NCBI GenBank assembly: GCA_002269645.1
Contig: NIVC01004468.1
Span: 1-44,899, forward strand
Direction of reading: 5' to 3'
Source: Macrostomum lignano
Lineage: Eukaryota
DNA length: 44,899 bases
This document shows positions 22,545 through 34,203 of the stretch, piece by piece (position 1 is the first letter of the stretch; each line of letters opens with the position of its first letter). The translations under genes and the position numbers were made by a program. The notes below the pieces were generated by a model, which did no database searches, was not told the DNA's origin, and was given only the letters and a program-made list of their open reading frames with translations.

Positions 22545-24600
22545 TGCCCTACTTAATTACTTAACTCGTAGGTACTACTTAATTACTACTGACGAAGGGC
22601 ACAGGCACCAATCGCAACCCCAAGCTAACACAGAATTAAAGACGCTAGCCTCGGGCTGCGCCCACCCGGCGTCTGTAATCTTCATCCGGCCGGTGTCCCG
22701 GACGAATGCGCACAGGTCACGGATCCGGTCCAGGCTGTCCAGGGTGGTCAGCTCGTCCAGCCTTAGCGGGCATTCGAGATGGTGTCTCCGCGCTTCGTTG
22801 AAGTGCGGGCAGAAGGTGACGTGGTGCGCGGCAGTTCTGGGTTAAATGGGAGAGCAGTTTTTTCTCTTTTCTTAAATATGTCTCTGGAAGAAGCCAAGGT
22901 CAGTGATGGCCATGGACATCTTCCTGAGGTCAGTTTACTCTAGGAGATTAGGTGTTTATGGCAGGCATTGCCGTTCGTGTTTGCCATTATTCCGAGCAGT
23001 GCAGCTGGTGTTGATGTCCTAAAAATTTGTGAGTGGCGCAGTTGACGGATGATTTCGGGGCAGGCAGCTTGATCGACGGGTGCGCTCTACCCGGGATGCT
23101 GCCTCGTTTGGCGAGTTGATCCAACAGCTCACTGCCAAGGATGTTGTTGTGGCCTGGTTTCCAGAGCACGTTGATCTTTTTAAGGATCGCTAGCTTTAGC
23201 TTTGTACAGCTGCTTTTAACATTGATTTATGGCCATGACTTCGGATTGAAAAACCGAGATGAAGGCTCTCTTGCAGGATCGCCTCACCCTTATGGAAAAC
23301 GGCGATGCCCGCACCGGCCATGCTATCGCACAGGATCCGTCAGTGAATCAGTGGGTGCCCTGACTTCTCCCGGTTAACGCCCACATCCAGTGGGTGGCTA
23401 CCTCGCGGTGGGATGGTGTACCTGAGTCTTTTCCTGGGATGAGCGAGGGGTTTACAGACCCACCTACAGTACGTACAGGTTGAGGTGGATGTGTTGAAGA
23501 TCGCAACGGATATAATCCAGGTGGGGAATAAGCGTCCTCTCAGGGATAAAGCCGAGGGGAGTTAGAGAGTTAGTAATGGCTTTATCACAGATTAAGCGCG
23601 TGGCACCTCTTATCGCCTCAGCTCGGATAACCAGGTGCAGCGGAATTGTTACGTTTGTGGAAGAATTTGAAGACGAAGACTTAGGAAGATTTGAATTGTA
23701 GTATTTTATTTGCTGCAGCGGCTCGTAGCGCTTGTATTCCTTTTAATAAAGAAGCTATCGAATCTTAAAACAAAAGAAAGATACAGTTGCATTGAGTCCC
23801 TAGGAACCATACCGGTAGACTAATAAATAAGCTTAGAAATATAAAGAAGATGTCAGCAGATCAAATATGCAACAGGAGGCATGTTGAGGATGGTGTTGAG
23901 CCCCTCGTATGGGGTAGATGAGTTCGCATGATGGCTCCGCGAGAGTGCATCCCTAGATTTTGTTTCCATGACTAGGGAGATGCCCCTAGCATTGATGGTA
24001 AGGTTCCACATGCTCCACTTCCGCTTCGTGGTGAAGATAATGGCCACAGTCGTGGCGGTGCTAATATAGCTTTTTGCAAGCCATTTGATACTACGAGCAA
24101 GCAATTTAATAATCAGTGGCTCAAAGATGCCGAGCTGCTCATTGTCCTAGAGGAAGTCGTCCATGTGGGTGACGGTGCCTTCCATCTGGGCGTCAGTCAG
24201 TGTCCCGCTGGCCGCGCGTACACAAATCTTATCTAGAGGCTCAGCCGCGACCTTGGCGTAAGAGCTGGCCGTCTCTCTACCCACGGAGCGCTTCGGATCC
24301 AGAGGGGCAATGATACGGTCTTCCAGCTTCTGGGCAGTGCTGGGGGCCGTGCTGGCCGCGCCATCGCGCTGCGTGATGGCATCGCCACCTAGGTCTCCAC
24401 TGGTGGGAATAGAAGTTTCCCTGCTTGGGGTAGCATCCGCGCGAGGTACGTGGAGAGAATAGCCTCCTAGTTGGAGGTTTGGTGGATTTTTGAACCCCCC
24501 TCCCGACCGCAGGAGCATGTAATTCAAAATCCACAAAAATGGCTGAAATGGGGAAGAGAAGATTGTTAGAAATTAATAAAAAACAGTTCGGCGCCTGGAT
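22545..24600 (-). mobile_element. Internally deleted RNase H-bearing non-LTR retrotransposon (R1/LOA/I-group-like)
   Basis: Minus-strand order: ORF1-like SYAKVAAEPL..; post-RT thumb PLHLVIRAEAIRGATRL (~23590-23640); RNase H TDGS..GAG..SEVMAI..WKPGHNNILGSELLDQLAKRG (~23100-23330); C-terminal [19 protein letters not shown]. No endonuclease or RT core is present. The GC-rich 24600-25030 segment may be its 5' UTR. Confidence 0.75.
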
Positions 24601-26609
24601 ATACCCCCAGTCAGCCAGAGGCTAACACCTGCGAACTCCGACGAACTCCGACGAACAGAAGGAAGGCTTTGGGTCACCGTCTTTAACCAGGGTTTCCTTC
24701 CTGACCAAGCTCCGGAAGGCGCCTGGTCCACACTCTACAAGATGAGGGGCGGGTCGGGTGCAGGGTCGGGTTCACAATGCCAGGTCGGGTTGACTGTCAG
24801 CACTGCTTCCCCTCTTCCACAGGTCCGGCACTTGTGAACCCTTTCACTATTCACCTTGCAGCCTACCCCAAGAATAGGCAGCGGGGGGGACCCCGTCGCC
24901 CACCAGTAGAGCGAAAGGAAGGCGAGCTCGCCTTCGGAAAAGGCGAAAAGCTGGCAGATGTTACAGAGTCCCTCAATTTGCAGGCGCCCTTAGCTCTCTT
25001 CATTACCCTAAGAGGTACTTTTGTACTTTGAAGTTGGATTCACAAAGGAAGATTTATCTCGTTCTTCTCTGTGTTAAAACTCGCCATAACTTTCGGCTTA
25101 AAATACGCAGAAAACCGTTGCTCAAACGTATTTTGCTTAAGGAATAGCATGAAACATTGTACGGGCTAATATGGTAGCTCCTAGTTTTGATCCATCATAA
25201 ACATCGCAATTTGATCCTATTCGGAGTGTCATATATGTGAGATTATGGCTTAACAACTTCAACTAACAACCCATCTTGTCGTGAATGTGGATGCATTGAC
25301 CTACTCGTAGTACTCGTAGATTTGAAATGCATCTTTAATCGCAAATACACATGGGAATTGCGACAGCTTAGCTCCTGGTTTAAATCCTGCAGCGCCCATG
25401 ACGATCAATTTCAAGCTTTTCCTGCTCGTCGAGGTTTTATCACAGGCTTGAGTAGTTTAAGCTTAACTAACTCAAATTTCTGGGCGCAACTGATAGATTT
25501 CTTGCTGCTTCACTTCATACGTGTATCAAGAAATTCAATCTGATAAATGGCTTGCAATAAGCAACCGTTAAAAGGTGGCGCTACGAGCGCTCACCACTGC
25601 ACATTGCACAAGCATGGACTATACTGAGGGAAGGACAATGTCAATATTTTAATAACTCATTCAGTGGTTATTCTCTCTCCCTTTAGTCGCTATTCTCGCT
25701 AAATTTCTGTCAACTTTTAATGTCAATTGTGCAAAAATGTGTTCGCAATACACATAGGAGATCGACTTAATCACGGAAATGCTGCTCAGGAACACCACCT
25801 TGAGACAGTGATAGGCCGAAAGGGCTGATTGGATCTTCGGATGGTAAGATATTCTACGTTCATAAGTTATAAATCTCATATTGAAACATCAAGAATATTT
25901 CCTGCAATATCTGCTGCAGCAATTAACTTTTTTACTACATGTCTCTACCGAAGATTGCAGTGACGTGACACCACATAGCAAAATCCAATATCCATCAACT
26001 CTCAAACCCGTGATTGCTTAGTAAGGGTGGGGAAAATCTCTGATCGATAAGGTAAAATGTTACAAAGCATGGATTTAATTTTCGGTTTCGTCCAGACCTA
26101 ACAGATGTGACTATTCAGCTGGAATATCAGAAAGGAACGCTCGATAAATGAGAAATGCAAATTCATCTCTCATCTTTCATCAATTCACTCTACGCAGGGA
26201 GTAGACAGTCGAATTGCGCTGAAACTTTGCTCATTCTGCCTGGAATGCTGAGCCAGATCCGATGTTAGTCGCAAATCTATTATTGCAAGCTGAAACTTGT
26301 GAACCAGCGCACGCTGTAGGAACAGCGTTCTGACCATTACCGTAATGAAACTGCAGCGAAGCACGCGAATCAATATCCTGATAAAACCGTGCCCACGTTT
26401 CAGCTTTATCACAACCCGTTCCCCAATATTCTGGTCAAAAATCTGATTGGGTCAAAAAAGTTTCGACAGTATGAAGCCGGACAGACATCTCTTTAGGCCA
26501 AATATAAAAAACTGCACGACTTTACCGAGAAAAATGCATTCTTGACGCCTCGTACAGGCCCGTGAAGCAGTTAACCGTCTTGACAAAACGAGTCGAAAGT
26601 CCTACTAAC

Positions 26610-29538
26610 ATGGTATCTTGGATAACCAGCCGTATCTTTGTATACACGTTTTTATTGAGCACTCTGGCAGCTCCATCGTCTGAACAGCAACTGCAAAAGC
26701 AGCAGCTGAGCTGCCATTCAGGCAGCCTGTTCAGCTTGGCTGTGGTGCAGACCTCCCGATACCAGTGCAACTCGCCAGCGAATGTCCTGACGGAAGTCGA
26801 GTTTCTTCGGTCACTAACTCCGATCTATGCATTAAGGTTGACCAACAAGCGTCTTAAAGGCACTCTGCCGTCAACGCTAGCAGCACATCCTGCCATTGGA
26901 ATGGTGTTTTTGGATACCTGTCTTGACCAGCAGGCCACCGTGAGCCTCGCCAAGCACTTACGACCAGCTGGGCTATCAGGAATTTCCTCCGCAAACCTCT
27001 GTAACCTGGTTATACCGCTCCTGGGTGCAAACTTCTACCCGGTGCATGCCGTGGCCGCTGGCTGGTACAGCAGCACCACTCAGCTGGTGTCCACCTTGAT
27101 TTCTGCGCACAGAATCCCGCAGCTTGCCACAGAGGCTAGCAGCGATGCCCTGTCAGATAAGGTCGAGTTCCCCAATGTCTACCGGCTGGTTCCACCAGAC
27201 AGCTACCAGGCAAAAGCTGCTGTCGATCTCATTCTACGACTCAATTGGACATACATTGGCATACTGTACCGAGATGATGTGTATGGGCGAGGCTTGTTGC
27301 AGAGCACACGTCTGCTTCTGCAGTCGGCTCAGCTCTCTGGAAGTAACAAAAGCGTTTGCATCGCCTTTATGTCAGCCATCAACACTTTCACGCCCGTGTC
27401 TGAAGTTTTACAGACGATTCGGGAACGAAAACACCTGAAAGCTTTTTTGATTTATGAACTCTTCGAACATCTACCTGAACCAATTCTTACTGAAGTTTTT
27501 AACGAGGGAGGAATTATTGTAACCTCAGACACAAATACAGTGCCCTACAAAAAGTTCACACAAGGTGCTCTCTACATCTCCTTCCCATCATTTTCCACGC
27601 CCGACCTCATCCAGTTCTACCACTCGCTGAACGGATCTGAGGTCCTCGGCTATCCGTTCGGCGAACAACTGCTCCGACTTCTCTTCAACTGCACATTGGA
27701 TAGCGCTGCATTGTGCTGCTCTGACGGCAGTTGTAGAATCGGCTCAAAGTCGAGTCTATCAATCGACTCTGAGGTTGCTCCTGTCGCAAGACTTCTGGAC
27801 TCAATCAACATTCTGGTCTCGTGTATCGAGCGTATCGCTCTGGTTGATTGCGCGACAAAGTGGCCGAATGTTACGGCTGTGAGTGCATGTGTCACAGGTC
27901 CGAAGGTGATGAAGCTGCTTGCGAACTCCAGCTTCCCTTTCTTGAGAACCGGAAACGTGAGCTTCGACTTGAACGGTGACGGATCGCCGGCCTACGAGAT
28001 TCGTCAGGAGCAGCCAGACGGTCAGCTGGTGAAGGTCGGAACGTGGACGGAGTCAGCCGGTCTTACGTTGAGCGACCTCACACCTATTCGATGGTGGCAG
28101 AACTCGAGCTTCGATCGGCATGCAGCTCAGTCGGAACTGCCAAAGTCATTCTGCAGTGCTCCGTGCAGTGCTGGCGAGATCAAGTTGGAGACAGATGCTT
28201 GCTGCTTTACGTGCAAGCCGTGCTTCAAACAGGAGATCGTGTCCGATGATGGCAAGTCGTGTCTGTCGTGTTCGGAGTTTCACTGGCCCAGTCAAGACCG
28301 GCTGAGCTGCGAGTCGATACCGGTGTACGCGTGGAGAGACGGACTGCAGTTTCCTGTGCTGCTGGCATGTCTCGCTCTACTCACGATCTTCCTGGTCGTC
28401 GTGCTCGCTCTGTTCATCAACCGTCGACACCACAAGCTCATCAAGGCCTCGTCGATACACTTGTCCGTCACGTGCATGTGTGGGAACCTTCTCGGTCTAG
28501 CGTGTCTCGGTCTGTTCGTTGTAGACAGCTCGCACGTAATGTGCAATGCTTTGAACTGCGCATTCCAGCTCAGCCTGACTGCTTGCTACGCGAGTCAGTT
28601 GGTGAAGACCCTTCGCGTCCATCTGATCTTCTCTGCATCGAGAGTGGGTCGTCCGGTACCTTGGCTCGCGCGACAGAAGCCGATGCTGATGATGCTGGCC
28701 GCAGTCATTTTCGGAATGGTGAGGAAATTCTGTAGGACAAATGCATGAGATGCTGTAGGACAAATTCAGGACATGCTTTAAAGACAAATGCAGGAAATTC
28801 TGTAGGACAAATGTAGGACATACTGTAGGACAAATGCAGGACATGTTGTAGGACAAATGCAGGACATGCTGTAGGAAAATTGCAAGACATACTGTAGGAC
28901 GAATACAGGACATACTGTAGGACAAATGCAGGACATGTTGTAGGACAAATGCAGGACATGCTGTAGGAAAAATGCAGGACATGCTGTAGGAAAAATGTGT
29001 AGCTATGAATATATGACAGGCATCTGAAATGAGATTAGAACCCATCCATGCGGTGCATTTATTTCAGTGCCTGCTGCTTAGTGGAGTGACCGTGTTCCGA
29101 CCACTGAGCTCGGAGCTCAAACAGCTTGTGACCGATCCTTCGGTCCGACCAGTCGTGGAGAAGAACTGCGCGATCGCGACCACGGCGTTCTGGGCTCCGC
29201 TGTGCTGCAACCTGCTGATCCTGACTGTCACGTGCGGCCTGTCGCTGAAGACCCGATCGCTTCCAGACAACTTTCACGACACCAAGTGCATCCTGGCTTG
29301 TGGAGTGTCCGGCCTCTTCTTGTGGTCGGCGTTCGTTCCGTCCGCTCTTTCGGCCAGCTCTCTGACTACCGCAATGTTGCTGCTTGCGTTCTCGTCCAGC
29401 ATCACGCACGCGCTGCTGCTGTCGATCCTGTTCGCTCCGAAGCTGTACGCAGTGTACGCGAGGTCCGAGGCAGAGAACAACATCCAGTTCTACACCAATA
29501 ACCCTGCAACCATATCTACTACTCCAACTATGCAGTAG
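26610..29538 (+). CDS. Class C GPCR copy 3, intact, 2 exons, 859 aa
   Basis: Exon 1 is 26610-28718, the intron 28719-29067 (gtgagg...tttcag) and exon 2 29068-29538. It has a signal peptide MVSWITSRIFVYTFLLSTLA, a VFT (FLDTC, PQLATEASSDALSDK, PPDSYQAKA), a CRD and a 7TM with KTRSLPDNF and FAPKLY. There are no frameshifts. Confidence 0.93.
28731..28998. repeat. 23-bp intronic minisatellite, ~11-12 units, GPCR-3 intron
   Basis: (GGACAAATGCAGGACATGCTGTA)n, the reverse complement of the unit in copies 1 and 2. Confidence 0.95.
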
Positions 29539-29809
29539 GAATTTAATGGTAAAGAATTCTTTGGATATGGATAAAAATATGAATGTAAGGAAGCCGGTTT
29601 TTTAATTTGGTATTGCACTGTGCATGCAGAGTCAAGTACTGGTAGCGGAATTGTGTTCTTTTGCTGTTGTGTAATTGACAGTTTAAAAATATCTTTCGCA
29701 TCCATTGTTTCAGAGTATTAGTGTGTATCAATGCAAGTAATTCGTTACGAGAGTTAAATAGGAACGAAATATTTTAAGATTTCTTCTTGGGTCTTTGAGT
29801 TTATTTACC

Positions 29810-30575
29810 ATTAGCTCTTTGAGTCCTACATGTAAAATATGCTCACTTTTGCTCTAAGAGTTCATGTAACATCTGCTCTATGAGTCCCATGTAGCGCATG
29901 CTCGACAATGGGTCCTATGTACACGTAACACTTGCTCTACTATGAGTCCCTTGACTTAGCAACAGGGCTGTCCCGGAGGGGGACACTATGAGTCCCATGT
30001 ATCACTTGCTCTATGAGTCCCATGTAACACTGGCTCTACTATGAGTCCCATGTATCACCTGCTCTATGAATCTTATGTAACCCTTTCTCTATGAGTCCCA
30101 TGTAACAGATGCTCTATGAGTCTCATGTAGCCCTTTCTCTATGAGTCCTATGTAACACTTGCTCTACTATGAGTCCCACGTAACACTTGCTCTACTATAA
30201 GTCCCACGTAACACTTGCTCTACTATGAGTCCCACGTAACACTTGCTCTACTATGAGTCTAATGTAATACTTGCTCTACTATGAGTCCCATGTATCACCT
30301 GCTCTATGAATCTTATGTAACCCTTTCTCTATGAGTCCCATGTAACAGATGCTCTATGAGTCTCATGTAGCACTTTCTCTATGAGTCCTATGTAACACTT
30401 GCTCTACTATGAGTCCCACGTAACACTTGCTCTACCATGAGTCTCATGTAATACTTGCTCTACTATGAGTCCCATATATCACCTGCTCTATGAGTCCTAT
30501 GTAACACTTGCTCTACTATGAATCCCATGTAACACTTGCTCCATGAGTCCTATGTAACTATTGCTTTATGAATTA
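29810..30575. repeat. 25/28-bp minisatellite (ATGAGTCCCATGTAACACTTGCTCT[ACT]) with a 240-bp higher-order duplication
   Basis: Units with and without ACT. The block at ~30031-30180 recurs almost exactly 240 bp downstream. Confidence 0.92.
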
Positions 30576-30905
30576 TATCTAACACTAGTGTCAAGAGCTA
30601 TATTTTTTTTGTACCTTGTATTTATGGACTAATTTGTATTTTTAGCATACTACCACGATCTAGTATCTGTAAACATAAAATGTACCGCTTATTGGAAACA
30701 TAACCTCCACCAAGAACCAAAAAGTGTTGCAAAATACGTGGACAGCTCAGTCTGTTCATTCTAATCCGCTTCAGTCTTCCATAGAAGAGAGTCTAATATC
30801 AGATAATGATGGGGCTAACAAGTACAACAATGACTACTGTGACAAGTGAGAAGTCAAATCCAATTCAAGTGAGAAGTGAGAAGTAGAGATGAAGATTCGT
30901 AACCG

Positions 30906-32579
30906 TCAAAAGCTGCCCACAATGACCCGTGCATCAGAGTCGCAGTTCTCCTCCGCTGGACTGTATGCGGGGTTTTCCACGCCTCCATTGCTGGATGTTG
31001 TCTGGTCGGTTGGATGGATTGAGGATGGCGGCAGTGGCGCCGGTTGAGGCGGCGATCGCGGCGGCAGCGGCGGTGGCTCCGGCTGTTCGCCGCTCGCTGG
31101 CGAAGGTTGCTCCCTCCTGCGAAAGAAACGTCGAGCCCGAGTCGGTAGTGGCATCGGCGGGGGCTCGGTCAGCTCTTCGTAGGCGACCGTGCTGACTCCG
31201 CCGCTTGGACTGGCAGGGTTGGGCCTCTCGTACTCGGCATAAACCTCGGTCTTTGTCGTGTCACTCGACACTGCTACAGAGAGGGCAGACAAGTTTGCAG
31301 CCATTCGGCGATAGTAAAGAAATACAGCAACGATGGCAATGGCAGCCATGACTGTCAGGCTTGTGACGACAGACGTAGCTATGATGAGTCCAGTATGCGG
31401 CGGTTGAGATGGAGGCTGCTGTAGCTGCCGCGCCACTGTTGGTGTCGGTGTCGCCAGCTGACGCAGTGTCGGGCAGACATCCACCTTCGCTAGCAGCTTT
31501 TCCTCCAGGCTGGCACAAGCAGCCCCGGAAATGCCAGACGGTAGAACGAACGTCGGCGGTGAGCAGATGCAGACAAACGGGTTCGCCACAAGGCTGAGCT
31601 CCTGTAGATCCGGCAGAAGTTCGCTCCCCAGACTGGGTGGCGCTTTTCGCACACAGTTACCGTCTAAGCTGAGGCGTTGCAGCATCCGTAGCGGCCACAC
31701 AGCCGGCCAAACGATGGAGTCCGTGAGTCCTCTCGCACCTCCGTCATCTTCGCTGCAGTTGAGCACATGAGGATCGGAGCCAAGCTGCAGCTCTTTTAAG
31801 TTTGGTAATCGGCGCAGAATCAGTTCCCAGCCTCCGCGTGACTCAGAGTCACCATCAACCACCAGCGTCTTGGCTAGAGTCGGGGCAGTAATCTCTAGCC
31901 GTCTAAGACTACCTCCTAGTTGATCAAATGCGGCAGCCTCAATTCTGTAGAGCTGCGTTCGAGTTAGCCGCAGTGATTCCAGGGCCTTTAAATTGTAGAA
32001 ATCGCTCGCTCTGATTACAGATAGGCCACCGCCAGAGACGTCAAGCTCCTGAAGCATTTCCAAACCAGCAAGCTGGTTCGGTAACGAGTCCAGCTGTCTT
32101 AGTCCAGCCATCCGGAGACGGCGCAGACGTCTCAAACCTTCCAGACCGTCGCAGGTGGAGTCGGACAGCCCCGTGCCACTGAGGTCGAGCTCCAGAAGAG
32201 TTTCTGCCGCGCCAGTCAGACTGTCTGCGGCCAGGCTCGCCAGACGGGCGTTAGCTGACAAGTCTAGCTGGCGTAGTCCGCTGGCATTGACGAATGCGCC
32301 GCGATTCAAGATGCGGATTTGATTGCCGGCCAACAGCAGAATATGCGGCCGGAGCTCCCGGTCTAGCAATGGCGGCAACGACAGATCACAGTTGGTGCAG
32401 TCAACCTGTCGGGCGCCGGAAGACTCCTTCAGGCGGCAGCATTGGCGACTGTCTCTAAGGTTTTCGAGTGTCAAGTAGACTGTCACATCAGAGGGTTGCT
32501 GCTGCAGTTGCACAGTTGTAGCGCAGGTAACGCAAATGATGAGGATAAGAGCACTGCGATGAAAGTTCGACGACGGCAT
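30906..32579 (-). CDS. Single-exon LRR type I membrane protein (557 aa) with Pro-rich cytoplasmic tail and no TIR domain
   Basis: Signal peptide from the ATG at 32579 (MPSSNFHRSALILIICVTCAT), then LRRNT-like CC..VDCTNCDL, multiple LxxLxLxxN repeats, LRRCT start LSLVANPFVCIC, TM GLIIATSVVTSLTVMAAIAIVAVFLYY, and a tail with YEEL, poly-Pro and NPAY. Confidence 0.9.
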   Translation of the reverse strand: MPSSNFHRSALILIICVTCATTVQLQQQPSDVTVYLTLENLRDSRQCCRLKESSGARQVDCTNCDLSLPPLLDRELRPHILLLAGNQIRILNRGAFVNASGLRQLDLSANARLASLAADSLTGAAETLLELDLSGTGLSDSTCDGLEGLRRLRRLRMAGLRQLDSLPNQLAGLEMLQELDVSGGGLSVIRASDFYNLKALESLRLTRTQLYRIEAAAFDQLGGSLRRLEITAPTLAKTLVVDGDSESRGGWELILRRLPNLKELQLGSDPHVLNCSEDDGGARGLTDSIVWPAVWPLRMLQRLSLDGNCVRKAPPSLGSELLPDLQELSLVANPFVCICSPPTFVLPSGISGAACASLEEKLLAKVDVCPTLRQLATPTPTVARQLQQPPSQPPHTGLIIATSVVTSLTVMAAIAIVAVFLYYRRMAANLSALSVAVSSDTTKTEVYAEYERPNPASPSGGVSTVAYEELTEPPPMPLPTRARRFFRRREQPSPASGEQPEPPPLPPRSPPQPAPLPPSSIHPTDQTTSSNGGVENPAYSPAEENCDSDARVIVGSF

Positions 32580-33578
32580 AGTGAGGGCTGGGCACTTTTT
32601 TGGACCCTCTATGTCTCTATTTTTTGCGGCTTGTTGGTCTGCCACTTTCTTTTTTTATTGGGTATCGAATTGCCTTTGCAGTTCGGGTTACCAGCAAAGT
32701 GTCACTAGGAGAGAGAAAATCCTTTCTAAATAGCGATGTCCAGCCAAAACAATGCAAATTAATGCTAAACATCCAATGCAAATCGACCCACCCTGAGCCT
32801 TGTTTTTACTTTTTGGTTGTGCTCACTGCTTACCCCGAATGCTAATTGATGAAGCCGTTTTCCGTGTTGCTTCCCCTTTCTTCTTCCATCTGCTGCCCTG
32901 CTGCAGGAACTGTTCTACAAAGTGTACGTTTACTGGTTGTTCTTTGTTGACACTCATGGCCTCGCAGACTTTACATTCCTAGAAAATACTGTAGTTGAGC
33001 CTGGAAAACCGTAAGAAGACAGGAAACACAAGAGGAGACAGAGAACACAGGGAGACGACAGGGAGGGAAGTAGACGAGGCCCCAAAATTATGCATGGTCC
33101 TTCTTGTATTAAGTTTTCTGACGATGTGAAATTTCGGTCTTGTAAAGTCAGGTGTCTTTCGGTCTTATGAAAGCGACCCATCATATACTCTGTGTCAGTG
33201 CTTGGCAAGAAAAGCAAGCAGGGCTAATTTCTGACTAATTTCTTAAATTAAGTGTTGTATTCTCGCTTCCAGTCCAGTGATGCTATTTCTAGAAGTCCCT
33301 GCTAGAGACGTCTCAAAGTTTTTTCAGCCAGTGGCCGGTTGCATGAGAGAGCATGCAGCCAATCAAACCCTGCCAGCACTTCGATTTTTTCAAGCGTCGT
33401 GACTCAACAATTTTTATAAAACAATGCGTCCCTCTTTTTTAAACTTACTTCCTTAAGTTTTTATTAACTACTAAATATTTCGTATTCCATAAATATCCTT
33501 TTACGTTTCCCTTTGGAACAAAGTTCCGGAGAAAACGACTAAAAACTGTTTCAATTACAACGCTAAAAAAGCAAGAAT

Positions 33579-34203
33579 ATGAACGCAAAACTGCTGGCGT
33601 ATTTCCTCATTTTTGTTCTGATCAGTGACGGCGAACGGGTGGCCGGTTTCGATGTGAACAACATCAATAGCGTCGATGTTGGCAGCGATGGAGTCAGCGT
33701 CACCTCGGACAATGGAAATCCGTTCTATTATGACGAGTGCAGCGGCTCGCTAAGCGGCTTGAGTATTCAAACTGGCTGTCACAGACGGTGGAAGCCGCTG
33801 TTCTACGTGTGCGCAGTGGTTGGCGGAATTGCGGGACTCTTCCTCGTCACAGGCTGCTGTTGTTGCTGCTGCTGCACCTGCTGCAGATCTAAGTCAGCGA
33901 CGCCCGTGAGAACCATCAACAATGTGTCTGATGCAGGTTGACTTCGGAGCAGAATTTCTGATCTAGGGGGAGCTGAGGGGTATAAGTGAAAAAGGCAAAT
34001 GAGTGAGAAAGGTCCAGCTTATCTATCCAGCTTACTCATTGAGGTAGGCTGAGCTCCAATAATTTCACTCGTGCATGCAGCCTAATCTTTCAAAATTCCA
34101 GGCAGCAGCCCAACCTCCAGTAGTGGTGATGAGCAGCGTTGCAGCTCCGTCGCAGCCTCATCTGCAGCAGCAGCAGCAGCCACCGCCTCCTCCAAAGTAC
34201 TGA
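33579..34203 (+). CDS. Small poly-Cys type I membrane protein A (142 aa) ending in PPPPPKY
   Basis: Exon 1 is 33579-33905 (donor gtgaga) and exon 2 34102-34203 (acceptor ttccag), phase 0. It has a signal peptide, a 2-Cys ectodomain, a TM, CCCCCCCTCC and a Q/P-rich tail with PPxY. It is homologous to the gene at 42178-43360. Confidence 0.8.

Noticed and set aside
24918-24935. Perfect 18-bp palindrome in the putative LINE 5' UTR; looked for an HDV-like ribozyme as known in some LINE 5' ends
   Set aside because: Could not assemble the P1/P2/P3/L3 pattern by eye. An Infernal or RNArobo search would be needed.
26562-26609. Upstream in-frame starts given by the ORF track for GPCR-3 (26562) and the LRR gene (32645)
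   Set aside because: 26562 is GTG rather than ATG. The ATGs at 26610 and 32579 directly precede the signal peptides.
29539-30905. Searched for a third PanK relic downstream of GPCR-3, as the duplicated unit would predict
   Set aside because: None seen, only AT-rich DNA and a minisatellite. Copy 3 was probably duplicated without PanK.
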